Assembly: GCA_963664705.1 (NCBI GenBank)
Contig: OY761556.1
Coordinates: forward strand, 2,528,001 to 2,592,000
Length of the DNA: 64,000 bases
Origin: Acidobacteriota bacterium
GTDB lineage: Bacteria; Acidobacteriota; UBA6911
Direction of reading: 5' to 3'
The notes under the pieces were generated by a model. The model saw only the letters and a list, made by a program, of their open reading frames with translations. It was not told where the DNA came from and made no database searches. Made by a program: the position numbers and the translations under genes. Positions 20,064 through 30,064 of this stretch are shown one piece after another (position 1 is the first letter of the stretch; every line of letters starts with the position of its first letter).

Positions 20064-20519
20064 ATGCGAACAAAACGATTGGTGCTGACTGCTGCCGTTC
20101 TTGGAATTATTTCCGCATTGGGATTGCAGGCGCTTCAGGTCGGGGAATCACGGGCTCTGACGAATGTCGAACAGACTCAGAGTCTAAAGATCTGGATAAC
20201 CGAACCGAAGAATCGAGAAACAGTCCCTGAAAGGCCATATGTCGAGGGAAAGGTATCCAATACGACTGCTGCCGTTTGGGTGCTTGTGCATCCGATGGAG
20301 GTTTCGGACTATTGGGTTCAGCCGCAGCTCACAGTGAATCGAGACGGCGCCTGGAGGGTTGGCATATATATAGGCCGGCCTGGCACCGTGGATGCAGGAA
20401 AGCGCTTTGAAATTATGGCAATCGCGAATCCTAAACGTCCGCTGAAGGAGGGAGATGTCTTGCGGTTCTGGCCGGACGCTGAATCAAAATCAGAGGTAGT
20501 TGAGGTGATTAGGAAATAG
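20064..20519 (+). CDS. Exported beta-sandwich (Ig-like) domain protein
   Basis: Signal peptide/anchor MRTKRLVLTAAVLGIISALG; GGAG RBS; paralog of neighbours. Confidence 0.85.
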   Translation: MRTKRLVLTAAVLGIISALGLQALQVGESRALTNVEQTQSLKIWITEPKNRETVPERPYVEGKVSNTTAAVWVLVHPMEVSDYWVQPQLTVNRDGAWRVGIYIGRPGTVDAGKRFEIMAIANPKRPLKEGDVLRFWPDAESKSEVVEVIRK

Positions 20520-20524
20520 AAGAT

Positions 20525-20701
20525 TCAGCAAGGAACATTGGTATGAAACTGCTCCCGGTCCGCGTCGGGATAGAGCGATTCCCTCGCAAACTCAAAGATC
20601 TGCCGTGAACTCTGGAAGATATTCCAGTTGCTCAGCACGGAGGCGTCTCGGACGAGTGAGATCCTCTGTCGGAAGATCCGATATTGATATGCGACGATCA
20701 T
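20525..20701 (-). pseudogene. Truncated RadC/JAB-like gene (N-terminal fragment)
   Basis: Manual translation MIVAYQYRIFRQRISLVRDAS...FARESLYPDADREQFH then stop; JAB HxH motif missing. Confidence 0.6.
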
Positions 20702-20998
20702 AGATTCCTCCCGTTTCTCGCAAATTGCTCGGCAACTGTCCTTGGGCTGTAATAAAAATCAAGCTCCGCGTGGTTCTCGATCAATTCCTCAATGGATATG
20801 TAGCCATACTCCTGACCATATCCGAGATCGGCAATTCCGAAGGCCTGGAGCTGTTTCCGCTCTCCGTCCTTTTCCGTGATGTACCAGTTGCAGTTTCCTA
20901 TGAGGTAGTGAAGGTAAATGACGGCCTGGTCTCCTTTGCCCTCCTATGAATCGGGTCAGTTTGTCCAATGCAGCTTTCGCTTCCTCAAATCTGTCCAT
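20698..20998 (-). pseudogene. Frameshifted DUF2958-like mobile-element gene
   Basis: Start frame MDRFEEAKAALDKLTRFIG; second frame KGDQAVIYLHYLIGNCNWYITEKD...QAFGIADLGYGQEYGYISIEELIENHAELDFYY. Confidence 0.65.
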
Positions 20999-21450
20999 TC
21001 CAAGTTCCTTTCTTATGAGTTTGCGGGCGCCATATTGTCGGGAGCCTCACGTAATGACCGGAAGAATGCTGAAAGAAGGCATGTGGTTGAAACTGGAAGG
21101 CGCAGGTGTCCTAGATCCTGTCGTACAAGTAGTTGATTGTGCAACAGGATAGATGCAATTCACGCCCTGCCGGGCTGCAAAGACACGATTCATTTTCCAA
21201 GACTCCATATATGCGCCAGCCAACGCTTTCAGGGATCATTGAATAAAATTTTCGAAAAAAGTGAGAATTTTTGCGAATTCCGGTAGGCGCCGACCATTCT
21301 TTTGCGTTCTTGATAACTGAAATAACCTGCAATCTTGGTTTTTCAAGTTACGGATTATTTGTTTCGGGACTGGCTTGCATAGCAATGGGTCCAGGTTGGG
21401 AGTCGGGTCCATTGCTTTCGCTTTGGCTCAGTACCCCTGGAGGCAGAAAC

Positions 21451-21873
21451 ATGAAAGCATTCTGGGTTGGCCTTGCGCTTGTTCTGTTTGGTTGCAACGC
21501 CCTGGCTCAATCGAGCCTGAGAATTGATAAGCTCGAACGGAAAAATATCGAGGAAGCAGGCACGACCGTCGGTTACAGCGGGTTGATAGAAGGAACAACC
21601 GACGATCCTGATCAAATAATCTATGCGCTAGTCCATGAGCCGCACCTGAAGGCCTGGCGGCTTTTCCCCGCGACCATTCACGAAGAAGGGGGCGCTTATC
21701 GCTGGAGCGCCCTGTGCCATTTCGGCAAATCGGATGGCACCGGGATTGGCGCATCCTATCAGGTCCGGGTCATGGCATTGGACCGGAGCCGAACCCTGAC
21801 CGAAGGCTTGCCCGCCAAATTGTCTCCCACCACCCTCAAGTCAAACGTGATTGTCCTGAAACGCACAAGATAG
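21451..21873 (+). CDS. Exported beta-sandwich domain protein directly upstream of Rhs
   Basis: Signal peptide MKAFWVGLALVLFGCNALA (possible lipobox LFGC); GGAGG RBS; ends 16 bp before Rhs start. Confidence 0.85.
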   Translation: MKAFWVGLALVLFGCNALAQSSLRIDKLERKNIEEAGTTVGYSGLIEGTTDDPDQIIYALVHEPHLKAWRLFPATIHEEGGAYRWSALCHFGKSDGTGIGASYQVRVMALDRSRTLTEGLPAKLSPTTLKSNVIVLKRTR

Positions 21874-21889
21874 CGCGGAGAACTGGGCC

Positions 21890-24800
21890 ATGACAAAACG
21901 AATCCTACTCATTCTGATTGCATTCCTGACTTTCCCGATCGCAACAAGAACCGCTCTTATTGAAACCGAATTAACCTATGACTGCATGAATGTGCAGGGG
22001 ATGTATTCATTTGTTCCCTATCTGGGCGGACTTGGACAAATCAACCTGGTGAACGGAAATCTTGTTTTCAGCAGGCCGTTGCCGACGCGACCGGGCAGAG
22101 CCGGCTTGGATCTGTCCCTGTCATTGGCCTATAACAGCAAGATCTGGACGCGAACCGGCACCACGCTGATGGGGTTGTCCGAACCGGGAAGTTCCGTGGG
22201 ATTGGGGTGGCGGCTTGGATTTCCATACCTTGTCCAGGGGAGATCCAGCTATACACTTGTCATGTCCGACGGCAGTTCGCACGAGATTGCCGATTATGGA
22301 CGCGGCGACTGGAGGTCTGTCGATTCCACCTATATACGGCTGACGCCGGGCAATCCGAAGGTGGCGACGATGGTCGGAGGCACAAAGCTGTTTTTTGGAA
22401 ATACCGTGGGGGCCAATTCCTACGCAACGGAAGTTCGGGATCGAAACGGAAACCAGATATTTGCAACCTATGTGCCCGGCACCGGGAAACTGGCCTCGAT
22501 TGACGACAGCCTGGGAAATTCCTACGACACAACCACCTACCCTTACACAGCCGTGCCGCAGATGACTTTCTTCTATGGCGGGGATGGATTTCTCAGCAAC
22601 ATCCGGGTGATGCATGCGAGCTATCCCATATGGATTAATTTTCAATACGCGACACCGTCGCTTTCGCCGTCCTTCCCGTCTCCTTATACGGTTCAGAGCC
22701 CGGGCCCCAATGAAAAGGTGTTGAGTTCGATATGGATGACCGGAATCAACGGAGGCCTGAGCAATACGCGCCTGGGCCAATTGTTTCAATACAATGCGTT
22801 TGGCGAGCTGGCGTCGGTCACCGACTCGGTCAGCGAATACGGCTATGATTACAATACCTATCAATGGACACTGATTTCATCCACGAGCAGGGACAGAGTT
22901 TCCTATTCCTATACGACAAACAGCATCTATGATGGCGGCACTCCAAGCTGGCGCCCGCAGAGGATGGTTTCCCAGAAAACCGAATACGTAAACAACAACG
23001 GCATCGTAACCAGTTCCACGTGGTCGATTGGATACAGCGTGGACCAGACCAAATCGAATCCTTCCTCGGTGGAGGTAGCCTCCGAAATCGACGGACGATC
23101 GGTTTACAGTCTGAACTACACCTCATCGGGATCGAACTGGTCTGACGGCATGCCGATCTCGGTCACGCGGAAAACCTATAACGGGCAGACTGTTTTGAGG
23201 ACCCAGAGCTATTCCTGGAGTCAGGACGATACGCTGAAGACTTTTGTTCTGAACCCGCGAATCACGTCTGCCACAACCACGCTGGACGATGGGAAAACGA
23301 CGCAAACGGCAACAACCTACGCCGCCGACGGGACCGGCAATGTGAAGGAAACCGTCGAAACCGGGTTCAGCGGTTCGGTGCTTCGAAGAACGGCAATGGA
23401 GTACTGGCACGAGACGCATCCGGAATATGTTGCGCAGGGATTGACCAACCTGGTGTCGGCCGTATCGACAAGAAACGCAGGCAATGTCGAGCTGACCCGG
23501 ACACAGACCGCCTATGACGAATATGGCGCTTATCCTTTGGTGGCGATGGCCTATAACCCGGTCAATCACAATTCCGGATACTGGACAGCATATTTGACGC
23601 GGGGAAACGCGACCAGTGCGGGAGCGCTGTACAAGGAGCAGTCCCGATGGGTTATGTCTCATGCCCAATATGATATCGCGGGCAATGTGGTGAGGAAGGT
23701 TGATCCCAAAGGCAACCAGTCCACGGTTTCCTATACCGTCGGTCCCTATCCGGCCTCGTCGACCGATGCCATGAATCATACGACGCAGTACTCGTGGGAG
23801 AGTTTCCTTGGTACGGCTTGGACCGGGAATCTGTATTCGACGACGGACCCCAACGGCGCCCAGGTTACCAATGCCTATGACGGGCTCAATAGAAAAGTAA
23901 ATCAATCGGCGCCGACCGGAAATTCGTATTTTTCTTATGATGATCAGGATTACCAGGTAACCACCAACAACTCATCGGGTTATTCCTATTTTGACAGCAA
24001 TCCTTCGGGCAACACGATCAAAACGCAGAAGGAGATCCCGTCGGAAAACAGCATTTATGAAAAAGCGGACTACGATGCTCATGGCCAGGCCACGAAGAAG
24101 TGGCTGCCCAGTCGTGGAGGCACGGCGGCGTTTACGACCTACAGCTATGATGTGCTGGGCAGGATTACCAGCGTAAGCCCGGCAACGGGCGGCCAGATAA
24201 CGTATCAATATGTGGGAAACGTAACCACAGCGACCGATCAGGAGGGACGAAGAAAAAGGACGGAACACAATGAGTCCGGGCAGATTCTAAAGGTGATCGA
24301 GGAGGATTCCAACGGGAACTGGGGACCTGAGACGGTATATTCCTATGATATTCCGGGCCGGCTGATACAAATCCTGCAGGGGGTTCAAGTGAGGACCTAT
24401 GGATACAACAGCCTGGGCAGAAAGATAGCGGAAACCAATCCCGAGAGCGGAACGGTAACGTTTGTCTATGACGATAACGGGAACGTGACGCAGAAGACGG
24501 ATTCCAGGGGTGTCGTCACGGGCTACAGCTATGATGCCCTGAACCGGTTGCTGGTTACGTCCTATTCGGACGGTACTCCATGGTCGCTGATGAGTTACGA
24601 TGAATCGAGTTCGAGTCTGATAGGTCTGATAACGAACGGGCAGGGGCGGATGACGAGCGCCTGGACGGTCAACAGCAGTCTTCAGATTACAGGAGAGAGT
24701 GTCGGTTATAGCTGGAGCTACGACCAGGGGGGCCGGGTGACGCAGCAGATCATGCGTATGGACTCCACGAATTATCCTGTAAACTATAACTACACACCGG

Positions 24801-26707
24801 CTGGCTGCGGATGCTCGAAGAAGGACCTACAAAGTATGACCTATCCTGACGGCAATGAGATCACATACACGCGAGATCCAATCGGACGAGCGACGGGAAT
24901 AGCAGATACTGTCATTTCCGGGACGAGCCGAACCTATGTCACGGATGTCGACTACGCGCTGGTGGATGGATCGGTTTCGCTGATTTCGTATGGAACCAGC
25001 TCGGAAGAGCATGTCGCGGATAGTTACGGGAGGCTTTCGGTCATCCGGATAACGGTTCCGAATAGCATGTGGGGGACTCCCCACGAATATGACCTGAATT
25101 ATTCGTACACGCTGTCCAACCGGATCTCTCGGGTCGACTACACGAAAAAGGATGCTTACGGCAACAGCCTGGAATCGAAATGGTCGACGTATGGGTACGA
25201 TCGATTGGGGCGGCTGTCGGCGGAAACTCTGCAGTCGGCGAATGGAACGGAGTGGAGCGGCAACTGGAGTTATGACAGGTATGGAAATGTGAGTGGGACC
25301 GCCAATGACCAGAACAACCGGCTTGCAGCGTATGCATCTTACTACGATCAGTCGGGCAACCAGCTTCAGGATGCGGCCAATTCGTACCTTTACAATGCCA
25401 ACAATATGATAAGGCAGGCGAATCGCACGTCGGATAGCGCGTTACTGGGAGCGTACCGGTACGATGCACTGGGCCGCAGGGTGAAGAAGAGCTGGAATTA
25501 CTTTTATTATGGAGAGCAGCGCTCGGTCAGCTATTCGTATGTTTATGGGAACGGCAATGAAATCCTTGCCGAATACAAGGTGGAGAGCGCGTCGTGGCAG
25601 ACGTATGAAAATACATATACGAACAATATCTATATGAACTCGGCGCTTGTTGCGCGGCGCACCAGGGGCTATACGAACAACAGCTTTGGCTACACGGTGG
25701 TGGATAACCTCAAATGGCCGGGAAGGAATCACCGGCAGGAGGAGATTGTTACGATCGGAAGCCAGATCGTTGATAGTGGCTTTTATTCCAGGGCATTTGG
25801 TTCCGGCGGCTCGGATCAATATCCCGGCCACAAGGTGGATGAAGAGACAGGTCTGAAGGACTTCGGGTCGAGGTATTACAATACATCGCTGATGCGATGG
25901 ACCTCTCCGGATCCTCTAACTGCCCATATCTTTGATCCTCAGTCGCTGAACAAGTACGCGTACGTCAGAAATGATCCGGTGAACAGAGTCGATCCGAATG
26001 GCAGAGACTCTATATTCCTTGATCCCTACGCCTACAGCAATGCCTTATTTGCATTCGGATTTGCCGAAGCTGCTGGAACGGCTACTGAAGAGGAATTCAA
26101 TACCTGGCTTTTCGAGACTCTGACGCCACTTTCATTGAATACCTCATTTGACTCTGACAGCATGACAATAAACATCAGCCTTGCCGTAATGGCTCCTTTT
26201 TATCCTGAGCCGGTTTTTGATGCGGCGACGGGTTTGTTGATGGATCCAACCGGATATATTGAACCGGGCATACAAGACGCGAGTTTTGGATTCGTGACAA
26301 CGGTCGTACCTATGGTGCGGGGAGCGGTTGGTATTGGAGTGGCGGCGGGAAGAGGTGTTATCAGTAGCATTTCTTCCTCAGTTTCCACAACTGAAATTGG
26401 TGCAATAGGGACTCGCCTGATTTCAGACGAAACTGGTGCAATTACGATTGGGACTACGGAAGTGCACCACTTGCTTCCGACACAATTTAAGACTTTTTTC
26501 AAAGCAGCGGGACTTGATATTGAGGAATATACTCTTTCAATGAGTAAAGCAGGACATCGACTCCTTCCAGATGGCCTCCATACGGGTACGGGAGCAGACA
26601 ACTGGAATGGCGCATGGAAAATTTTTATTGATAGTAATCCTCTAGCAACAAAACAGCAGATTCTTGATCAACTTAATATCATGAAGGCGGAATTTGGATT
26701 ACCCTAG
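21890..26707 (+). CDS. Rhs/YD-repeat toxin with signal peptide and DUF2380-like (HNH-type nuclease) C-terminal tip
   Basis: Signal peptide; INLVNGNL..PGRAGL..YNS..GLGW; YD repeats; core end YAYVRNDPVNRVDPNG; tip HHLLPTQFKTFF..HR..GLH..WN. Confidence 0.93.
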   Translation: MTKRILLILIAFLTFPIATRTALIETELTYDCMNVQGMYSFVPYLGGLGQINLVNGNLVFSRPLPTRPGRAGLDLSLSLAYNSKIWTRTGTTLMGLSEPGSSVGLGWRLGFPYLVQGRSSYTLVMSDGSSHEIADYGRGDWRSVDSTYIRLTPGNPKVATMVGGTKLFFGNTVGANSYATEVRDRNGNQIFATYVPGTGKLASIDDSLGNSYDTTTYPYTAVPQMTFFYGGDGFLSNIRVMHASYPIWINFQYATPSLSPSFPSPYTVQSPGPNEKVLSSIWMTGINGGLSNTRLGQLFQYNAFGELASVTDSVSEYGYDYNTYQWTLISSTSRDRVSYSYTTNSIYDGGTPSWRPQRMVSQKTEYVNNNGIVTSSTWSIGYSVDQTKSNPSSVEVASEIDGRSVYSLNYTSSGSNWSDGMPISVTRKTYNGQTVLRTQSYSWSQDDTLKTFVLNPRITSATTTLDDGKTTQTATTYAADGTGNVKETVETGFSGSVLRRTAMEYWHETHPEYVAQGLTNLVSAVSTRNAGNVELTRTQTAYDEYGAYPLVAMAYNPVNHNSGYWTAYLTRGNATSAGALYKEQSRWVMSHAQYDIAGNVVRKVDPKGNQSTVSYTVGPYPASSTDAMNHTTQYSWESFLGTAWTGNLYSTTDPNGAQVTNAYDGLNRKVNQSAPTGNSYFSYDDQDYQVTTNNSSGYSYFDSNPSGNTIKTQKEIPSENSIYEKADYDAHGQATKKWLPSRGGTAAFTTYSYDVLGRITSVSPATGGQITYQYVGNVTTATDQEGRRKRTEHNESGQILKVIEEDSNGNWGPETVYSYDIPGRLIQILQGVQVRTYGYNSLGRKIAETNPESGTVTFVYDDNGNVTQKTDSRGVVTGYSYDALNRLLVTSYSDGTPWSLMSYDESSSSLIGLITNGQGRMTSAWTVNSSLQITGESVGYSWSYDQGGRVTQQIMRMDSTNYPVNYNYTPAGCGCSKKDLQSMTYPDGNEITYTRDPIGRATGIADTVISGTSRTYVTDVDYALVDGSVSLISYGTSSEEHVADSYGRLSVIRITVPNSMWGTPHEYDLNYSYTLSNRISRVDYTKKDAYGNSLESKWSTYGYDRLGRLSAETLQSANGTEWSGNWSYDRYGNVSGTANDQNNRLAAYASYYDQSGNQLQDAANSYLYNANNMIRQANRTSDSALLGAYRYDALGRRVKKSWNYFYYGEQRSVSYSYVYGNGNEILAEYKVESASWQTYENTYTNNIYMNSALVARRTRGYTNNSFGYTVVDNLKWPGRNHRQEEIVTIGSQIVDSGFYSRAFGSGGSDQYPGHKVDEETGLKDFGSRYYNTSLMRWTSPDPLTAHIFDPQSLNKYAYVRNDPVNRVDPNGRDSIFLDPYAYSNALFAFGFAEAAGTATEEEFNTWLFETLTPLSLNTSFDSDSMTINISLAVMAPFYPEPVFDAATGLLMDPTGYIEPGIQDASFGFVTTVVPMVRGAVGIGVAAGRGVISSISSSVSTTEIGAIGTRLISDETGAITIGTTEVHHLLPTQFKTFFKAAGLDIEEYTLSMSKAGHRLLPDGLHTGTGADNWNGAWKIFIDSNPLATKQQILDQLNIMKAEFGLP

Positions 26708-26790
26708 AGGGAGAGTCCGTAGATGAAATCTTAGAAGCATAATAGTAGAGCGAACTGCTGTCTTTCTATTTGAAGGCCATAAATGCAGAA

Positions 26791-27474
26791 ATGAAGATGA
26801 CTATGAAACAACGCATCTCGATTCTGAAGTCGAGCGGTAACCTGAGCCTTTTAGGAACGTGGAACAGTAGTGTTTCCTTAACATCAATCACTTGCAATTT
26901 GAATCCGGGGCATCAAAGGGTAGGGCCAAGAGTAGGGCAATTGAGTGTTGAATTGAATAAAAAAGTCATGAAAAATCAAATTGCCTGGACTTGGTACTCC
27001 AATTGTTTGGTGTCGCAAAACTCTCTTGAAGTGTTTCGAAATGCATCATTAACTGGGTTCGATATTCAATCAGTCGAAATCACGCAAAAAGGGAGCATTG
27101 TCGACCACAGTTTCAGCGAATTACTGGTCACAGGTTGGGGAGGAGTGGCGCCTGAAGCATGTGGTGTAAAACTCTTGGAATCATGCCCCGCCTGCGGTCT
27201 TCTTCGGTACAGTGCCGTTACGGATTGGAATCATCTTATTGATTTGGATGCGTGGGATGGTTCAAGTATTTTTATGGTATGGCCATTGCCCAAGTATATT
27301 TTTCTAACCGAAAAAGCCGCAGAGATCATAAAAATTCTTGGTGGCGACAGCACTGACGTTATACCTATTGGAGACCTTGAACCACAGAAGGGAGAATTAT
27401 CTCCAGGGCGATTGGGCAACTGGCTTTCAGAACACAGAATTGAGGAGCTGAATGTAGACCAGACAATTCGATAG
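26791..27474 (+). CDS. Putative cognate immunity protein, CXXCG-motif family
   Basis: Directly after toxin, AT-rich, CPACG motif, no signal peptide; start uncertain (26770-26803). Confidence 0.75.
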   Translation: MKMTMKQRISILKSSGNLSLLGTWNSSVSLTSITCNLNPGHQRVGPRVGQLSVELNKKVMKNQIAWTWYSNCLVSQNSLEVFRNASLTGFDIQSVEITQKGSIVDHSFSELLVTGWGGVAPEACGVKLLESCPACGLLRYSAVTDWNHLIDLDAWDGSSIFMVWPLPKYIFLTEKAAEIIKILGGDSTDVIPIGDLEPQKGELSPGRLGNWLSEHRIEELNVDQTIR

Positions 27475-27656
27475 GGTGAAGTGATGGAATGTTAAAGGGA
27501 ATGCGTATTCCCGCTATTCAGGTGGCACGGGGCATTTCCTCGTTTCTGTTTTCAGGCCGGCTACAAAAGATTGTCCCGAGGAAGAATCCTGTACACCTAT
27601 CATTTACAGGAAAATAAGCTTGGATACCCATTTGCTCTCAATATCAGGAGAAGTTA

Positions 27657-28091
27657 ATGAGTCGGCCAGCTCTATACCTTTTGTATCTTTTGTTTGCCCC
27701 AGTCTGTTTAGGACAAACAATAACGGTTCGTATCATTGACGTAGAAACTGGGAATCCATTGCCAAGTCAGCGAGTTTCAATATCCCTAATGTATGAAAAA
27801 GGGGATAAAACTCCTGCTAACTACATATCGCCTGTCATCCTAATTACAGACGATAAAGGATCCGCTCAAATTAGCATACCCTCTCCCGCACCAAGGTATG
27901 TAAATTTTCTCGTTGCGCTGAGTTCTGAGTGGTGGCAGTCAGAACGCGACCAGCGATTTACCCTAAAAACAAAAGAATTGATGCAAAAGGGGGCGGTTGG
28001 GAGGATGGTAAGTGAGGGAAGGAATGAGACTGCCCTAACGGCAAAACCGAGAGAAGTGCTTATTCTAACTCGGCCCCTTGTGTATCCTTAA
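27657..28091 (+). CDS. Exported carboxypeptidase-regulatory-like domain protein; probable orphan immunity
   Basis: Signal peptide, ITVRIID.ETGNPLP...TDDKG.A; AGGAG RBS. Confidence 0.7.
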   Translation: MSRPALYLLYLLFAPVCLGQTITVRIIDVETGNPLPSQRVSISLMYEKGDKTPANYISPVILITDDKGSAQISIPSPAPRYVNFLVALSSEWWQSERDQRFTLKTKELMQKGAVGRMVSEGRNETALTAKPREVLILTRPLVYP

Positions 28092-28178
28092 TGCAAGCCC
28101 AGTCACTACGCGGCATGGATGGCTTCCTGCAGAATTCGATCGCGTAGAGCAGGCTTGATGCCGTCGCGCAAAAACCAG

Positions 28179-28298
28179 GCTTACGTCAGAAATGATCCCG
28201 TGAATGGGGTTGATCCAGATGGGAATATAGCAAGGCAGGTCACCTATATCTCCGTTCCCATCTACTCGTCTTGTGAGTATTGGGATTCAAATTGGGGT
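28179..28298 (+). pseudogene. Orphan Rhs core-end/C-terminal cassette cut by IS3
   Basis: AYVRNDPVNGVDPDG, nucleotide-similar to the main Rhs core end near 25960-26002. Confidence 0.8.
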
Positions 28299-29538
28299 TG
28301 ACCCGAAACTGTTGACACGAAGTTAAGCGGCTTTGGCAGATTCCTCATAGGCTTCAGGGCTCCGATAGCCCAGAGCCGAGTGAAGCCGCTGTCGATTATA
28401 AAACACTTCGATATACTCAAAAATATCTGATTGCGCCTCCTTTCTCGTTTCGTAATTTCGATGATAAATAAGTTCTGTTTTCAGCGTGGCAAAGAAACTT
28501 TCCATAACAGCATTATCCCAGCAATTGCCTTTGCGGCTCATGCTGCAAAGAACTCCGCTAGATTTCAATAACTTCTGGTAATCCCCGCTGGCGTATTGGC
28601 TGCCTCGATCTGAATGATGGAGCAGACCTGGTGATGGGTTACGTTTGAAAAAAGCCATGCACAGAGCTCTTTCAACCAGATGTCGACAAATCCGGCTACC
28701 CATGGCCCAGCCAACGATCCTTCTTGAGTACAGATCCATCACCGCGGCCAGATACAACCAGCCTTCTTTTGTTGGGATGTATGTGATATCCGCCACCCAA
28801 GCTTTGTTTGGCATTTTCACCGCAAATTCCCGGTTCAACACATTTGGAGATATCGGGAAATTATGTTTTGAATCTGTCGTAACTCTAAATTTCCGTTTCT
28901 GTTTGCCTTGGATCCTATTCTCGCGCATTAGCCTGGCAATACGATTCCTGCTGTGTAATTTGGACACTGCCCGCAATTGCGCATGAATTCTGGGACTTCC
29001 GTACGCGCCCCGGCTTGCCCGATGAATTGCCCGAATTGCTAGTAATAATCGGCTGTTCTCTGCATTCCTCGGGCTCTCGGGCCGCTTGAGCCAAAGGTAG
29101 AATCCGGCTCTGGATACTTCAAGCACTCGACACATCAGCGATATCGTAAATTCATGCCGATGCGCTTGAATGAAGCCATACCTCATTTGGATTCTTTGGC
29201 AAAGAACGCCGTCGCTTTTTTTAATATATCGCGCTCCTGACGCAGTAAGGCATTCTCGCGCCGTAGGCGACGGAGTTCTTCCTCCTCTGGTTTCAAATGC
29301 CCAGATCCCGGAAATGCTTGAGAGGTGTTTGCGAATTCCTTTTTCCAACGTGTCAGCATGTTTGCGTTTATTCCCAAATCTCTGCTGGCCTGTGCAATGG
29401 TGATATTTGACTCGGTGAGCATACGAACTGCTTCGATTTTGAATTCCTTCGTGTACTTCCTTCGCTGTTTTTCCATGACACACCCTCTGGTGGACTAGAA
29501 TGTTCCACCCTTTTCAGTGTGTCAACGGAATCGGGTCA
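28299..29538 (-). mobile_element. IS3-family insertion sequence (1240 bp)
   Basis: Terminal IRs TGACCCGAAACTGTTGACAC / TGACCCGATTCCGTTGACAC, TG...CA ends, orfA+orfB; no clean target duplication. Confidence 0.95.
28323..29476 (-). CDS. IS3 transposase OrfAB (-1 frameshift)
   Basis: OrfA 29183-29476 HTH; OrfB DDE motifs [20 protein letters not shown] in -1 frame; A7G run at 29215-29222. Confidence 0.93.
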
Positions 29539-29707
29539 TGGTTAAATCGAGAAGCATGGATAACGGAAGTTACCTTATCCGGTATCTCATTGAAACCAGC
29601 CTTTGTAGATGAACCTCTGAGAGCCAGATTTGGAAAACTGGACAAGGGGATAAGTGCTAATCTTGCCCAAACTGAAGGCCGGCCTTCGGGGAAATAACAA
29701 ATTGGAG

Positions 29708-29733
29708 AAAAAGGGGCGAAGTCTCCTCGCCCC
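29708..29733 (-). terminator. Intrinsic terminator ending the phage late operon
   Basis: GGGGCGA/TCGCCCC stem followed by T5 on minus strand. Confidence 0.75.
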
Positions 29734-29741
29734 CCGATATT

Positions 29742-30002
29742 TCACTGCTGTGCCGGATCCGGTTGAATCGCATCGATGGCAGCCTGAGCTGCTGCTATCA
29801 GCAACTGCAGATCAGCAACTGATTGAGTCTGGGCTTGCGTCAGACTTGTCTGAGCAGTTGCCAGCTGCGCCTGAGCTGCCGCTAAAGCATCCTGCGCGGA
29901 TTTGGCCGCAGTGCTAGCTCCGGAGAGCGTTCCTTCATCTGTTTTTACTGCTGCGAACGCGTCGTCGACAGATATAGGTGTGGGTAATGGCTGAGTAGAC
30001 AT
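29742..30002 (-). CDS. Ala/Gln-rich coiled-coil protein
   Basis: 86 aa from ATG 30002 with AGGAG RBS. Confidence 0.7.
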   Translation of the reverse strand: MSTQPLPTPISVDDAFAAVKTDEGTLSGASTAAKSAQDALAAAQAQLATAQTSLTQAQTQSVADLQLLIAAAQAAIDAIQPDPAQQ

Positions 30003-30064
30003 ATGACGTCTCCTTCTGAAATTGTGTGAGATTTGAAGCACCTTAAAAAATGATGAGGGATCGT

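Noticed and set aside
21890-26707. T6SS or contractile injection system effector locus
   Set aside because: No PAAR, VgrG, sheath or baseplate genes; tail is siphoviral; Rhs has a signal peptide.
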